Source of the DNA: Calcarisporiella thermophila CBS 279.70
Lineage: Eukaryota; Fungi; Calcarisporiellomycota
Length of the DNA: 64,000 bases
Direction: 5' to 3'
Assembly (NCBI RefSeq): GCF_041956535.1
Contig: NW_027192222.1
Span: forward strand, 207,477-271,476
A program made the position numbers and the translations under genes. This document shows positions 22,642 to 35,450 of this stretch, in pieces. The notes beneath the pieces are model-generated. The model saw nothing but the letters and a program-made list of their open reading frames with translations. It was not told where the DNA came from and did not search any database. Positions within the stretch are counted from its first letter, which is position 1. Each line of letters opens with the position of its first letter.

Positions 22642-23411
22642 TTTCCGGGGGTGGGAGGATGGAGTAATGGAGATACCACTGATGCAACAGCTGCCCTTTT
22701 TATATGATCGAACTTGGTATTTCCCTCCTCCTCTGAACGGAATTTCTTGCGCGTGGGCTGTAAAGGCAAGCTACAACATTCTCACCAAAACTCAAAATGC
22801 ACATCTTTCTGCCTCTACTTTCAAGTAAACTCCTCCTGCAAGTGGCTGGTAAGTTGTGGCACAATTAAGCTCCGCAGCCCCAAAACTCATTGGAGTATAG
22901 CGGTGCTCATTCAACAGCAGCTCAGGCAATCTTACAAAACAAGTTGTTCATGACGCAAATGCGGGATAGTATGACTGGTCACAACTACGCCGGCACCTAA
23001 AACATCAGCGTGGAAAAAGAAAAAAAGAGAAAATCAGAAAAAGCTTATTATTATCATAGATCCTCCCAATTCCACACCAATCCATATCAACAGCCCGTCA
23101 CCTGCCGGGGCCGGTCGCTTTAAAAATGGGAAATCTGACAACTGTGGCTGTGCATCATTCCTCCTATCAACAACAATGGAAGGAGCGCGTTTTCTAAAGT
23201 AAATGAATCTCAAGCTTCCTTTGTAGAGTGACCCTCCCCCTTTCACTCCATGCAATATTCCATCTATTTGGTATTATTAAAATGCATTGTCTACAGTATT
23301 ATGAGGAATTGTCAAACTGTATTTTTTATTTCTCTAAGTCTATTTTCATTTTACAGGATTCAAGTAGCTTCATACAACTCTAAAGCGGAGAAATCTTTGG
23401 CGTCCGCAGCG

Positions 23412-25117
23412 TTATAAAAATTCTTGCTCAATATCTTGAGGGCTATACTTGAGTCGGCGCCAACGGGAGCGAAAGTCATCCCAATTCAGATAGGCCCCCG
23501 AGAGCTTTCGCATGCCAGTGAACCCGGCGCGACCGTGCAACACTCGCCAATTATCAAATATGACGGCACGGCCAGGGCGTAAGGGAAACCAGAATTCATT
23601 CTCTGGATTGCGCAGCACCCGATCCCACGCAAACAGCGCTTCGTAGAACCGCTCGATCTGGTGGGAGCTAAGATGCGAAATGCTGGAGCGGTCGTCATTG
23701 TTGTAGCGGATTTGATAAAGCTCTGAGCCTGCGTGTCGTAAAATCGGCAGGGCCCGTGGAGTTGGGACGATGCAGGTATCTGGATCACCCGCAGAATGTG
23801 CTGGAATTGGAGTAGTGGAAAGGGTATGGTAAGCTTCAGGGTTTGACCTCTTCAGCTGTTGTGCTGCATGAAATCCGTCGACGAGAAGTGAGTCGCCCCC
23901 TGTACCGTTAAACTCGAGGATATGGAACATTTGCAGGCCGCAAGGATCCGTGAAGTAAGTATTATCGGTGTGGGCTTTAAGTGGGAGATTAGTGTATGCC
24001 GTATCTCCATGTTCCATGTTGGCCGTAACTTCCCAAGACCCGCCGTAGTGCGTCTCACGAATAAAACAGATACGCCGTGCTAGGTCCTCTGTATCCTTAA
24101 GAGTGGCCGGCACTCCATCCACGAAAGAGAAGCCGTATATCACCTGACAAAATAATAATAAATAATAAAATAACTTATTAGGACCGAAACGCTTCCCATC
24201 TAGAAAATGATATGTTTAATATGGCTTACAATGTTTTCCAGCCATTGAGCGAGCCCCTCATTGGAGGACATTACGCTCTTATAGTCAACCGTTGGGGGAT
24301 TCTCTGCAATTTTTGCGTCCCAAAAGATGGTTCTAAAATTCGTAGGTTAGTTTGCTATACTATTTCATGCTAAGCAGCAGTAGCTAGGCCTACTTTTCCA
24401 GCACTTGCTTTTCTTTTTCGAGGGGCGGATCGTAGGAGTGCCTACGTAGCCAGTCCCACTGGTAGAAAGACTTGTGCCCGTCATTGGACCCTATGTTATA
24501 TCAGCAAGAGCGTAAGAAGGATGAAATGAAGTTGATTGCGCTTGATAAGTAGAAATTCACAAATCACTTCAATGCCATCTTTATTCGAAGTCACTGAGGA
24601 CGGCTGGATATTCCTAGGGATCTAAATTACTAGGTTAATAAATCTGCCTCTAGTTTGACTCATATTTGGCAACCACACCTTGAATGTGTCTACAAGCCGT
24701 TGTTTGGTTACCTGATGATAGCATTCTGGACAGCGGCAGTGATCACGTAACCAGAAATGATGACTAAGGAGACATTACAGATTAATGACAAAGTATAAAT
24801 TAATCCGAGGGAATCCTTACAATAAACTGGCTTGCTCATTATTCCACTGGATTTGTAATTTAGATGCTGATGTGCTGATTTGAGAGGAGATGTCGTCTAC
24901 TCGTGTGGCCTGATAAAGCGTTAATATTTAATGTTAATAATAATGAATGAGGAACACGTACATTGCTCAAAGAGTGAAAGGCCGAACGGAAACCGGAGAC
25001 GTGAGGCAAGTGTTGTACTGGCAGAGCGGAAACAGCAGGTAGAAGTTGCTTTGACAAAGCTCTAATGGGAAGAGAAGGATGGGCTCTATTAATGAACGGG
25101 AATAGAAAACGATACAT
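23412..25117 (-). CDS. TMLHE: Trimethyllysine dioxygenase (TauD/TfdA-type 2OG-Fe(II) oxygenase, carnitine biosynthesis), multi-exon
   Basis: Mitochondrial presequence from ATG 25117; HFWLRDHCRCPECYH N-terminal domain; IRETHYGG, DTAYTNLPLKAHTDNTYF (HxD), FDNWRVLHGR. Confidence 0.9.
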
Positions 25118-26048
25118 ATTGAGATAGGGTTGATTGTCGATCACAGGAAAAGGAGAGCACGGGCTTATAAAGATGCCAAATTTTCACGAGGAGGGAGCCA
25201 CGTTCTGCGTACTTTAAATAGGCTGTGGTGCGGGGAGGCACTCACTGAGGTTGATTGGCCAATAACTCTGGCTCTTTCCGAGGGAATAAATGGGAATTTA
25301 AAAGTAGTTGAAAGGGGAAATGAAAAAAAAAAAATAGAGGAACGCATAAAGAATGGAAACCAACATGAAGCTAGCTAAACGATAAAGAAAAGTAAAATAA
25401 CCGCTTATCATAAAAAATGACTTCATAGCAGCATAGGAGCATATACCATAGATTACCATGACTCTCAAATTTTTCAATGCTTAGCCCACATTCTTTTAGC
25501 TTTTCAAACAAATCGGAAAGTCCTCGTTATACGCTCATAGAAGATGTCAATTCGATCAGACCCTGCTCCAAATTTGGCCCATAAACAGTGCATATAGGTC
25601 CGTGTCTCTTATAAGAAACGATAGAGAATTTGTAATTAAACTTTGGGAGACAAGCGAACAAGAGATAAGATTCATATGCTATAAACGTAGTTACGTAGCT
25701 ATAATACATTCTTTTTATATCTTAATTTTCAACCTTTAAAAAGAAAATCGACCTATGTCCTTTTCACTTTTTAGACCTGTGGTTTAGATTACTTCTATTA
25801 CAAGGTTTTACAATTATTAAAAAGGATTAATATTTCCCAATACAAGAACATACCTACCGGTTGAAATAGACCTTATTTCCTGATGTATTGTAAATAGATT
25901 CAAGTATTTTAATGAAAAAGGTTAGTAATATTATTAGTTGAAGCAATAGTTTTGAAGTTCATTTAAATCTTGCAAAAGATAAGATGAATTGTATTAAAAT
26001 GAGGGATATCACGAAACTAAGGGATACTTTAAGCAATATATTCCATCA

Positions 26049-26760
26049 TCATACATCGTCCAGTGATTGACTTGAAAATTTAAATCTTTTCAATGAACTT
26101 TCTGGTATGTCCGTTTTCACCATTACATCGGCCAAATCTTTGATCGCTTCATGATGATACGGTCAGCATAGGAATGATCAATTCCATCAACTCGAAGTAG
26201 ATCTCTTCATTTAGCATAGTTAATATCCAAAGGGCCAACAACAGCAAACCGATACGCTCTGCCCGCAAATGGACAAAAATAATTAAGCCAATTTGTCCTG
26301 TCAACAATTCCAGACCGCTCTGGAAGTTCAAAGTTTCCAGCCTCATCAGGCATATAAAGTACGAAAAAATCTCTATACGATGCAGTTTTATCGCTCTCCC
26401 TTTGGTAAAGCTCTTTACTGAGTTGTGGCTCAGTAAGATGCTTCTACTGATGAACCTCACTCAGAAATTCATCCTTAGATCCGAGGTTTAATCCCAAGAA
26501 AGAGTCACCGGATGGTGCGGAGGTTCCGTTAAGTATACAATGCCTGCCTTCCCTGATATTAACAGTGCTAAATTCGCATTTACGTTCCATTTTTCAGGTA
26601 GGCGATCACAAGACTTTGTATTTTCCCATTGAGTAGCGCATTCTAAACTCAAGTGATGATTTATATTTTTTATATTACCATTTAAGCGTGCCTCCTTATA
26701 AATGTCTGAAATATCTCTAAGCTCTCCTTCAACAGTGAATGCATCAGACAGTTTGTCTCC
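26049..26760 (-). pseudogene. Crinkler-type C-terminal relic: REase-fold domain + helix-hairpin-helix, disrupted by stops and frameshifts
   Basis: Hand translation: ISDIYKEARLNGNIKNINHHLSLE.../...HCILNGTSAPSGDSFLGL...EVHQ*KHL...DFFVLY...LPERSGIVDRTNWLNYFCPFAGRAYRFAVVGPLDINYAK*RDLLRVDGIDHSYADRII/KDLADVMVKTDIPESSLKRFKF. Confidence 0.8.
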
Positions 26761-27374
26761 AGTAGTGTCCTATTTACAGACTATGGTAATGGAATATACA
26801 TTCATAAGAAAGTGGCAGCTTCTGTAAGAGTGCAATATTATTATGAGCTAGACAGTATCTTTCCATTGATAACATTAACACTCTGCCAAGTGATAATGGT
26901 GTTAAAAATTTAATCTGCTTTCTCTTGCCTTAGTTGCGAGGTCAACAAGCCGGTAGCCTTTTGAAATCGTAGCGTGACAGCGCATTTTGTTTAATATCTT
27001 TAGACGGTGTATAATGATAACTGCCATAACCCTAAATATTCTACTTAGACAAGCTTGAGATTAAAATAATAATAGTAAACTGTTATTGAAATATCGATTT
27101 GATTCAACATCAAAACTAGCAACTATATCTTCTGATAGTGTGCTGACTATAGTTAAGATTGGCCGGCGTGTAGTCGGCAAATTATTTGGCAAACTCTTTG
27201 GAGAAATAAACAAGGGTACTTGTATATATTTTTCGACGGATCGATTATGATGTGCACAATTGTAGATACACGTGTGTATATAAGTCGGCTCTCCTTAGAT
27301 GAGAGTCTCGCTTTAATTTCTTTAATCCCCTTGCATTCAATTTTAACCTCTATTAGCTCATTCGTTCCTCTTGT

Positions 27375-27929
27375 ATATATATATATATATATATATATAT
27401 GCNNNNNNNNNNNNNNNNNNNNNNNNNNNNNNNNNNNNNNNNNNNNNNNNNNNNNNNNNNNNNNNNNNNNNNNNNNNNNNNNNNNNNNNNNNNNNNNNNN
27501 NNNNNNNNNNNNNNNNNNNNNNNNNNNNNNNNNNNNNNNNNNNNNNNNNNNNNNNNNNNNNNNNNNNNNNNNNNNNNNNNNNNNNNNNNNNNNNNNNNNN
27601 NNNNNNNNNNNNNNNNNNNNNNNNNNNNNNNNNNNNNNNNNNNNNNNNNNNNNNNNNNNNNNNNNNNNNNNNNNNNNNNNNNNNNNNNNNNNNNNNNNNN
27701 NNNNNNNNNNNNNNNNNNNNNNNNNNNNNNNNNNNNNNNNNNNNNNNNNNNNNNNNNNNNNNNNNNNNNNNNNNNNNNNNNNNNNNNNNNNNNNNNNNNN
27801 NNNNNNNNNNNNNNNNNNNNNNNNNNNNNNNNNNNNNNNNNNNNNNNNNNNNNNNNNNNNNNNNNNNNNNNNNNNNNNNNNNNNNNNNNNNNNNNNNNNN
27901 NNTATATATATATATATATATATATATAT
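27375..27929. repeat. (TA)n microsatellite flanking a 500-N assembly gap (27403-27902)
   Basis: TA runs on both sides of the N block; both runs end in ...tatatatgc. Confidence 0.95.
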
Positions 27930-28362
27930 GCATTTACAAATCGTATTAATATTTTATATTCTGGTAAAAGTGTTGGCAAGGGATTGCAAATTCGGGTATA
28001 ACAATTTACCTCAATTTTATGATGCATTCAAGGATCCCAAAAACAGAAGCAAATTTGAAGAGAATAGGATAAGGTCGTATCATGAGTGCTATAACGTCAC
28101 CGCAAATAATCCAACTACTGATGATGAATCTGTATCTATGGAAGATGTTGATACTTGCTGTTGTGCGAAAGTCAACAATCTACTGAATACTTATCCTCAT
28201 TGGGCTGTGGAATCTGATTTTATTCTCAAATTGCCTGAGATTGTTAAAGATATTGGAGATGATTGTAGAGTAGTGGGACATGTCATGTATGAAACATATG
28301 GATATGTTAAGGACATTAAACAGTGTCTGAAAAGTTGTGATTCCACTTTAATAAAATATTAA
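27928..28362 (+). CDS. Small secreted Cys-rich orphan protein (144 aa, 8 Cys including CCC)
   Basis: ATG directly after the TA repeat; signal-like MHLQIVLIFYILVKVLA; open to TAA at 28362. Confidence 0.7.
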   Translation: MHLQIVLIFYILVKVLARDCKFGYNNLPQFYDAFKDPKNRSKFEENRIRSYHECYNVTANNPTTDDESVSMEDVDTCCCAKVNNLLNTYPHWAVESDFILKLPEIVKDIGDDCRVVGHVMYETYGYVKDIKQCLKSCDSTLIKY

Positions 28363-29531
28363 ATCTCTCCTTGAGAAATCTCTGGTAGTCAAATTATTAA
28401 TAAAATTTTGACATGCTGCTAACTGATACCCCCGCCAGCTCCACAACTATATCTCAATTTCACATGACCAAAATTTACGGGAGGACGGGGTGCACTTTGT
28501 TTCGTTGAGTGACAAAGACAGATTGGTAATTTTCCATAAACCCACCCGGCCGGATGGGAGAGCAGCGGTAGAGGGGCCTTACACGACCGATCTCAAGGCA
28601 AACTCATCAAAATAAACCTTTTTTCACTTTAACTTTGCCTCTTTTGTACCCCGATTATCTTGAATCTTCATAATAATTTAGCTCTTCACTGTGCTAAATT
28701 TTCTCTACTATCCCTTTTTACTTTTCTTTAAAAATGTATTTCGCATCAACGGTTTCAGTTGGGAGTGAATCTCCTGAAATATGGTACAGGTAGAGCCCGT
28801 ATTTGCCCTGCTCTCTTCCGTATCCAGGGGTTTATTAAGAGATCAGATACGAGAAAATTCCACCCTTTGAATAGAGCGCTCTCGAAGTTTTGCTTGAGTT
28901 GACCAAAGTCTATCATATATGTATCAAAGATTATAATCATGGCTTTTCAATGTGTTCTTTAGCGTATTTGATTCATCACTAATGGTTCCCTCAAACGATG
29001 GCCGAGTTGGATGGCAGCAAAGTCAATGAGTCCCACACTCACCTTGAGATTCAAAGCTTGTGACTGAGCAAGCGAGGACTGATCCTGATTCGGTAGCCAG
29101 AGCTGAGCTGATTTTGCAATTCGAAGGAGAGCATAGTGTGGAGGAGGGTGGGATTTCAGCCCAGCCCACCTCTTCCGAGCGTAAGCAGGGACCCTGGTTT
29201 ACCCAGCCAGTGGGGTGGCCTAGCCTCCAGCGTGGAGCACGACCCACCAGCCCCTTGGCAAAGGTCGCCCACGCTAGACTCCTCCGCATGGCTTAGCTTT
29301 GCAAAAAACGGTAAAATCCGAGCGGAGTCACAGCGGAAGGTGCGGCAGGGACTGTGGAATTGCCATATACTACAAAGAGGGGCGGATAAATTGTTTTCGA
29401 CCATTATTAACGATTCAACTCCATCTTCTTTTTTTCTACAAGTCATACAGTGTGCTTCCCGACTCTTCTGCAAATCCTTCGCATACCCTCTGCTCCATTT
29501 GTCCTGCTATAAATAGCCGGAAGGAGGTAGG

Positions 29532-32500
29532 ATGACCTTGAGGAACCGAAAGCTTAGGGAAACGCGCTCAACCATGGACCCTGAACCCAAAGACACGGAA
29601 AAAGTAGCAGAGAGCAATCCGCGCCGGCGACTCACTTCACCGTCCCGATGTCTGATCACTTATCTGGCAATTCTTGCTCTTTACGCCTGTGTAATTTGTG
29701 CAACCTGGTTTGTGACAGATAATCTTCCTACCGCTCTCCCATCCGAAGTTGCTACAACATCGCCGGGCCAATTTTCCGGAAAAGCTGCTTGGGAGCACCT
29801 GGAATTCATTGCAAATGAATCGCACCCAGTCAATTCGCAACGAAACCGTGAAGTGCGTGAATATATCATCGAGCATTTGGTGAGCCTACAGCGCGAAGCC
29901 GCATTGCGAAATGTTAAAATAGAACTCGACACCAATGACACTGTAGTATACCATGGGTTGAGAAAGAGTAAATAACTTCCGTTTTTAAGTGTAAATGTTG
30001 TGCTTATTGGTTATCTCGTTAGACTATCGCATGGGAACCAAGGAGCCGAGAGCTTTTGACTATGTCGAATCTACTAACGTCTTAGCTAAAGTCATTGGCC
30101 AAAGTAACAGCAGCGACGCTTTTATGGTGTCAGCTCACTATGGTAAGCTTCAGTGCTCGAATGAGAATGTTCTTTGCTACGGCTTCCACTGATTTTTAAA
30201 TCGACTCTTCTAAAAGATTCGGTGGATGGAAGTATGGGTGCTACAGACGACGGTGCTGCTATCGCTATTATGCTGGAATTGATACGAAACATAATCCATA
30301 ATCCTGTCGATGGCACCGTTATCTTTAACTTTAATAACGCCGAGGAAGAGGGTCTGCTGGGATCGCTGGCATTCACAAAGCATCCATGGAGTAAGGATGT
30401 GCGTGCCTTTGTTAACTTGGGTGAGTATTCCCATATATAAATGCCTATTTAATTGTGGTCAATAACAAATATTCCAATTCCGCGTGTTTAACAGAGGGTG
30501 CTGGCACTGGAGGGCCATCTCTGCTTTTCCGGCTTACTGGCCCTGCTTTTGGAAGGGCTTATAGAAGTGTTCCCTATGCACACACAAATGCATTTGCTCA
30601 GGATCAGTTTGAGATGGGTTCGGTAAAGAGGTAAATGAAACTTCTATGAAGTAAAGCCACAATTCATACCAATCGATGACCCATAATATAGCCAAACGGA
30701 TTATTCGGTGTATATTGACAACGGCATGATGGGAATGGATATGGCGTTTTACCATATGCGAAGTTTATACCACACTTACAGGTGGATTATCCCCCATATA
30801 CCACTTTTTATTTCAGAAATTTTTTTTTTCGCTGAACTTTTCTCTTCTCTGATAGAGATGATCTCAACCACATTACCCCTGGCTCAGTTCAGCAAATGGG
30901 GGCTAATACTCTTCAACTGACACGCACCCTGGCCGACTCAAAACTTCTCTCAAGCGAGGAATTAAGAGTAGTTGAAAGATATGTGATGTTCGATATCATG
31001 GGGCGGCAGGCTGTATGCTACGCCTTCTCTACATATCGCGGCCTGAATATTATGGCTATCGTATTGACGCCGTTAGGATATGCAGTGGGACTGGGACTGC
31101 GTCAGTTTGTTCTGCGTCGACGAGGATCTCCCCTTGCTGCGATGGCTAGCGTAGGGCATGCATTCGCTACTATCTTGATTAGTGTCGTAGCCGCGATTGT
31201 ACTGATGCTCGTATTTGTACTTATCTTGAATCGAGCCAATCCGATGGCACTTTATGGATACCCACATCTTTCTGTCATATGCTTTGCACTCATGGCGATG
31301 ACTGCAGTGTCTCTGGTGCAGTATATATGGGGGGTGGTTGCTCGTTGCATTCAGAAAAGATCCACAAGCAATTCATCCCAAGAAAACACCCAGCCCGCCG
31401 CAAACTATGAACAAGCGCTAACGCATGGAATGGTTTGGCTATGGTGGTGCGGGGTGATCATTTCGCTTGCATTGTCGTATCGAAATATGGGGGGACTCTA
31501 TTTCATGCTATATTTCTGGGCTTTCGCAGCCGTGGCAGCAGTACTCGATTTTGTTGTACCAAAGAAAGTGGAAAGCTGGATGTGGGTTGTACGATTAATA
31601 TTGACGTGCACGTTCCCATTAATCTTGACGGTCGGACTGTCCTATGTCGCCATTAACGGAATCCCGGCCACCGTACAGGACGGGACCTCTCCTCTTATCC
31701 CCGCAGGTAAGCTGAACCATTTGGAATCCCTAATGAAGAATACTAAACTCTGCGATTTTAGTTCTTTATTGCCTCGTTGGCTTGTTAGCAGTGCTTCCCT
31801 TACTCCCCTATACCCGGCGTGCGGGCTACCCCGGTATTACTACGCTCGTCCTATTCCTCGTGGCCATTGCTCTCTTCATTCCCCTTGCAGTACGCTTCCC
31901 GTTCCACCAGGACACGTCGCCTGCCAAAGTCGCATTCACGCATACCATCTACCCCACTACAAATCGATCGGTCGCGGTCGCAGAGTCTCGAGCACCCCTT
32001 CGCCAGGCCCTTGAGAGTGCCTCACAAAAAGGCGCTCGCATTTGGAATATGACATGCAGGCAGGAGGGCGGCAAAGAAATATGTGAATACGAGGTGCCAG
32101 TGGCGGAATGGGCCGCTGGGAAAATGCAAGTGCAGCCTACCAAGTATGAATTGACTACCCGAAATGGCGGTCCGCAGAGGGTCGCGAGGGTGGATGTGCA
32201 ACTGAACGGAACTGGATATTGCGAAGTATTCTTGCAGGACAAGGACCGCGTTTCGAACTTTTGGGTGCAAGGGATGGATCCGACCGCCTGGGCAGCCAGC
32301 GAAAGCAAGGCTGATGTGTTCGTGGTGCAGCTGAGGAACGCGGCGCCAATACAAAATCTCAGCTTGTTCTTCGAACTGGCCGGCCAGCCTGCTTCTGCTC
32401 AGGAAGGCGGAGTACACGCTAATCTCTATTGTCGTCTATTTGGTGGAACGCTCGAGCCTCAAAAGGGAGGGTCGCCTGCCTATGCTGATTTGGTGCGGCA

Positions 32501-32573
32501 CTTGGACGATTGGGCGGTGCCTTTTATGCTCGGGGGGTATTTGCTCAGGGTTTCTCAAGAACTCAGTCTCTAA
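29532..32573 (+). CDS. M28 family membrane metallopeptidase (ERMP1/Pff1-like), multi-exon
   Basis: N-terminal TM; Zn ligands in SAHYDS, GATDDG, NNAEEEGLLGS, NLEG and YHT; followed by multiple TM helices and a C-terminal soluble domain. Confidence 0.9.
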
Positions 32574-32926
32574 AGTGCATTCAGCTTATCTTTTAATTTA
32601 ATAAACATTTTAGCTTTTTTTTATTATTGTTTGAGAAAATATATTACTCACACACAAACTTATAAAGGAGGAAAAAAAAAGGGGGAAAAGATGGGAAGAA
32701 GGGAAGAGGAAGAAGGTCAGAAAATAAAAAAGTACAGAGAAGAGAAGAAGACAATGCACGCCACCTCTATGTGTAGAAGAGTTTTAAAAAAAAGTTTTTC
32801 AAAGGAAAAAGAAAAAAATAAGACCATCTGCAGTATGTATATCCAATTTTGATTTTCAACATCTCACAGACACCTCCTATCCTAAAGAACATTATCATTT
32901 TGGTGTCCTGTCCTCCTTTCCTTTGT

Positions 32927-34195
32927 TTACTTGGACAGCTTGGTGCGTACATATTTGCCCACAATCAGTGCGTGGTCACGCTCATAGGGTTCAAGGGTCA
33001 ACTGCTCCTGAGGTTTGATCTTCTCCTCCACCATCTTCTTCACCTCCCGAGCGAACACGGTAGCGGGGTCGACGGTACTGTCGATACAACTTGCTTTGAC
33101 GGAGATCACCACATGCCCGTTGTTCTTCAAGAAGTGGTGTGCGTTGAGACCGACAATACGGGCCTGATCAGGCTGCGCAACATCGGCAAACACCACATCG
33201 ACCATGCTGACGAGCATGCGGTATTTATGCGGGTGCCGTGCGTCCTCAATGATCGGAATAACGTTGGTGCGCTTCTTTGCCATGTTGATGAGATCGCGAC
33301 CGGAGCGATGCGAGAACTCCACAGCATAGACAATCCCCTCAGGGCCAATGATATCAGCCACATGCGATACAGTGGTACCGGCGGATCCACCCAAATAGAG
33401 AACCTTCTTGCCGGGTGCAATGTGAATGTGGTCTACACCACCAAGGATACCGGCCGCCAACTTCGAGCGGAACGGATTCCACACACGGTATTCGGTCTTG
33501 GTGCCATCGGGTCCCTCAACGGAAATGCGCTTCTCGCCATAGACAGACTCTCCGGGGACCAAGTTCTTGGTGACGAGCAAATCTTCCTTTCCACGTGCAA
33601 CGAAGACACCTTCGTGACGATGGGGCTCCACAATAACCTTAGAGCCACCCTTGGCACCCTTGGCTGCTCCACCGCGACCACCACCGCGACCTCCTCCGCG
33701 ACCTCCACGGCCACCTTAAGAAAGAGAGGGAAAATGAAAGGTTAATTGATGAGTACAAAGAATGTACATAGGTAATACTGAAATCTTACCACGACCACCC
33801 CGACCAGCATCACGCTTTTGTACTCCACCACGGCCACCACCTAAATTATATTGAAAAATAGTGATGATATCAGAAATGAGTGAAATTCATGTAACTGGCT
33901 TAAAAAGAAAAAGAAAAGGGATAAGGCTGAAAATTTCTTACCTCGGCCTCCAAATCCACCACGACCGCCAAATCCACCACGGCCACCAGCACCACCACCG
34001 CGACCTATAGCAATCATAATGCATCGTTAAGCATATGTAAAACCAATTAAAAAGAAGAACAACCTACCTCCACCTCGTCCACCACGACCACCACCTCCTC
34101 CTCGACCTGGGGGATCTGTAAGCAAAGAACAAAGATTGTAAGCAAAAAGAGATGGCGGATGCATCAAACGTTTAAAATTCCATACTGTATGCCAT
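32927..34195 (-). CDS. NOP1: Fibrillarin (box C/D snoRNP rRNA 2'-O-methyltransferase), 5 exons
   Basis: GAR domain spread over short exons (34195-34186, 34115-34068, 34004-33942, 33840-33790), then EPHRHEGVF...[13 protein letters not shown]...[12 protein letters not shown]. Confidence 0.97.
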
Positions 34196-34419
34196 TTGTC
34201 TTAGGTTATTGAAGATTCACACTATAGACGATCCAAAAATTTATGGAGAGAAAACAATTATTTTTTTCTCTACAATCGAAACTACAAACTGTCAACTGCG
34301 AGCGGCTTGGATGTAAATAATAAATAAAAGCCACCTACTAGGGCGAATAACCCAGCCACAGCAGATTGAGGATGAAAAGTGGTGCTACATTTTATCTTTA
34401 TACCCAAAAGTGGACGTAG

Positions 34420-34940
34420 CTCTTTACAAAATTTCGCAAATCAGGGGTCACGATCTGGTATAATCGTTTATGCCAGCCCATGATGTTTGATCACATAGTC
34501 GAAATATAATCTTGCTATAGTTGTCGCCGTAGCCGTAGCCACATAGCTGTCAATATTAAGTGCGTCATCTTTGTCAGTCGATCCAAATAGCAACGACGTA
34601 TCAACTAGTATGTGCGCTCCACATCTTGATGTTCTACCACTGGTGCATCAGGTTAAAGACGAATCTCGTTGTCATGTGGAATAAAAAACAATTTCCATCT
34701 CCCTCCTTCAGGTATATGAGCCCATCGATTATTGTACATTTGGATACCATATAAAACCATTCCTTTAGGAATTTGGACCGATTCTTAAGCAACTGGCACA
34801 ACGGCCTTTGTTTAATTACTTCACATTATTGAATCCTCCCTTGATGCGATTCAATAATTGTTCAGCAATCTGTACTCTGATGATTGCAGCAATCATATGA
34901 TCTTATCACCTCGATAACTCATCTGCTATCGTGTTGCATC
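34420..34940 (-). mobile_element. Ty3/Gypsy pol remnant (RNase H end to integrase), degraded
   Basis: NTIADELSR (NxVADALSR motif), EHQDVERTY*LIRRCYLDRLTKMTHL, ARLYFDYVIKHHGLA*TIIPDRDP. Confidence 0.8.
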
Positions 34941-35129
34941 TGAGGATACACGCGAGACAGCCTTCAGAACTTGCTATACTGATGAGTATTCAGCGCTTCC
35001 ATTTGGATTTTCCAGCCCGCGGGCAACTTTTTGAGGTTGATAAACAGGACGTTCGCACCACTCCCAGACGGGTATGGTTTAGTTTATTCGGATTGCATCC
35101 TAAAGCTCTGGGGAACGCTTGACACACAT

Positions 35130-35450
35130 ATACCGGAAAGTGGGAGGATAGCGATCGCTTAGTCATTCCAAATGACAAGAAGATACGCCTGCAACTTCTA
35201 CAGGAAGCCCACAATACACCAATTGCGGTGCATCAAAATGTGGAACGCAAACATGGGTTGATATGCAGATGCTAAATGGATCGACTTACTAAAATGACGC
35301 ACTTAGTTCCGACATCAATGATGGCTACGGCAACAACTACTGCGAGGCTATATCTTGATTGTGTAATCAAACATCATGGGCTGGCAGGAAGAAGCTATTG
35401 CAACCAGATGCCCATTCTTGACCTATTACTGGCACTTCAGCAAATAGAGT
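35130..35450 (+). mobile_element. Ty3/Gypsy integrase remnant, degraded
   Basis: DRLVIPNDKKIRLQLLQEAHNTPIAVHQNVER...MDRLTKMTHLVPT...ARLYLDCVIKHHGLA. Confidence 0.85.

Noticed and set aside
27220-28027. Long ORFs through the N block
   Set aside because: Artefacts of the gap and the TA repeat.
32849-33745. 298-aa ORF antisense to NOP1; similarly 56078..56716 antisense to aldolase
   Set aside because: Expected from strong codon bias on the sense strand.
33861-33930. GTGATGA...CTGA box C/D-like pair within a NOP1 intron
   Set aside because: It lies antisense to the host transcript and has no recognisable rRNA guide; probably chance.
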